From: Klebsormidium nitens
Lineage: Eukaryota; Plantae; Klebsormidiophyceae
Reading direction: 5' to 3'
DNA length: 48,800 bases
Assembly (NCBI GenBank): GCA_000708835.1
Contig: DF237126.1
Span: forward strand, 1-48,800
Positions 48,786 to 48,800 of this stretch are shown here, in pieces; the first letter of the stretch is position 1; every line of letters begins with the position of its first letter. Under the pieces are notes generated by a model. The model did not search any database. It saw only the letters and a list, made by a program, of their open reading frames with translations, and was not told the origin of the DNA. A program made the position numbers and the translations under genes.

Positions 48786-48800
48786 TCCCTGAGACTTTGA

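Noticed and set aside
1-48800. rRNA, tRNA or other structured ncRNA genes
   Set aside because: None recognised by eye. Intronic snoRNAs (for example in CCT6) cannot be excluded without an Infernal/Rfam scan.

Overview
Intron-rich eukaryotic nuclear DNA (GT-AG introns, GC-rich exons). The gene set (HY2 with an algal Asn/Asp pattern, oleosin, RanBPM, DUF2358) points to a streptophyte green alga, probably Klebsormidium (inference). I assembled eight gene models by hand from splice sites: HY2 bilin reductase (-), purple acid phosphatase (+), an oleosin-like protein (+), RanBPM (-), CCT6 chaperonin (+), a DUF2358 protein (-), deoxyhypusine synthase (+) and a ~1634-aa Orn/Lys/Arg decarboxylase-family protein (-). 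There is also a decayed LINE fragment, a pseudogenised partial copy of the decarboxylase, a frameshifted permuted-papain-like ORF and a 590-N gap. The standout is the decarboxylase: two fold-type-I PLP modules are fused in one reading frame and have lost motifs reciprocally. Module 1 keeps the PLP lysine and the other same-subunit PLP ligands (NGST, RNCH, DEAH, QSTHK) but has degraded the partner-subunit loop. Module 2 has lost those ligands (NGAA, ESYS, DESL, HATYE) but keeps the SSSPSY loop and the HDLPE..LDNL segment, and carries a ~540-aa insertion. This suggests a dimer-in-one-chain enzyme with one composite active site, lying next to the polyamine-using DHS gene. All calls come from reading the sequence; no database searches were run.
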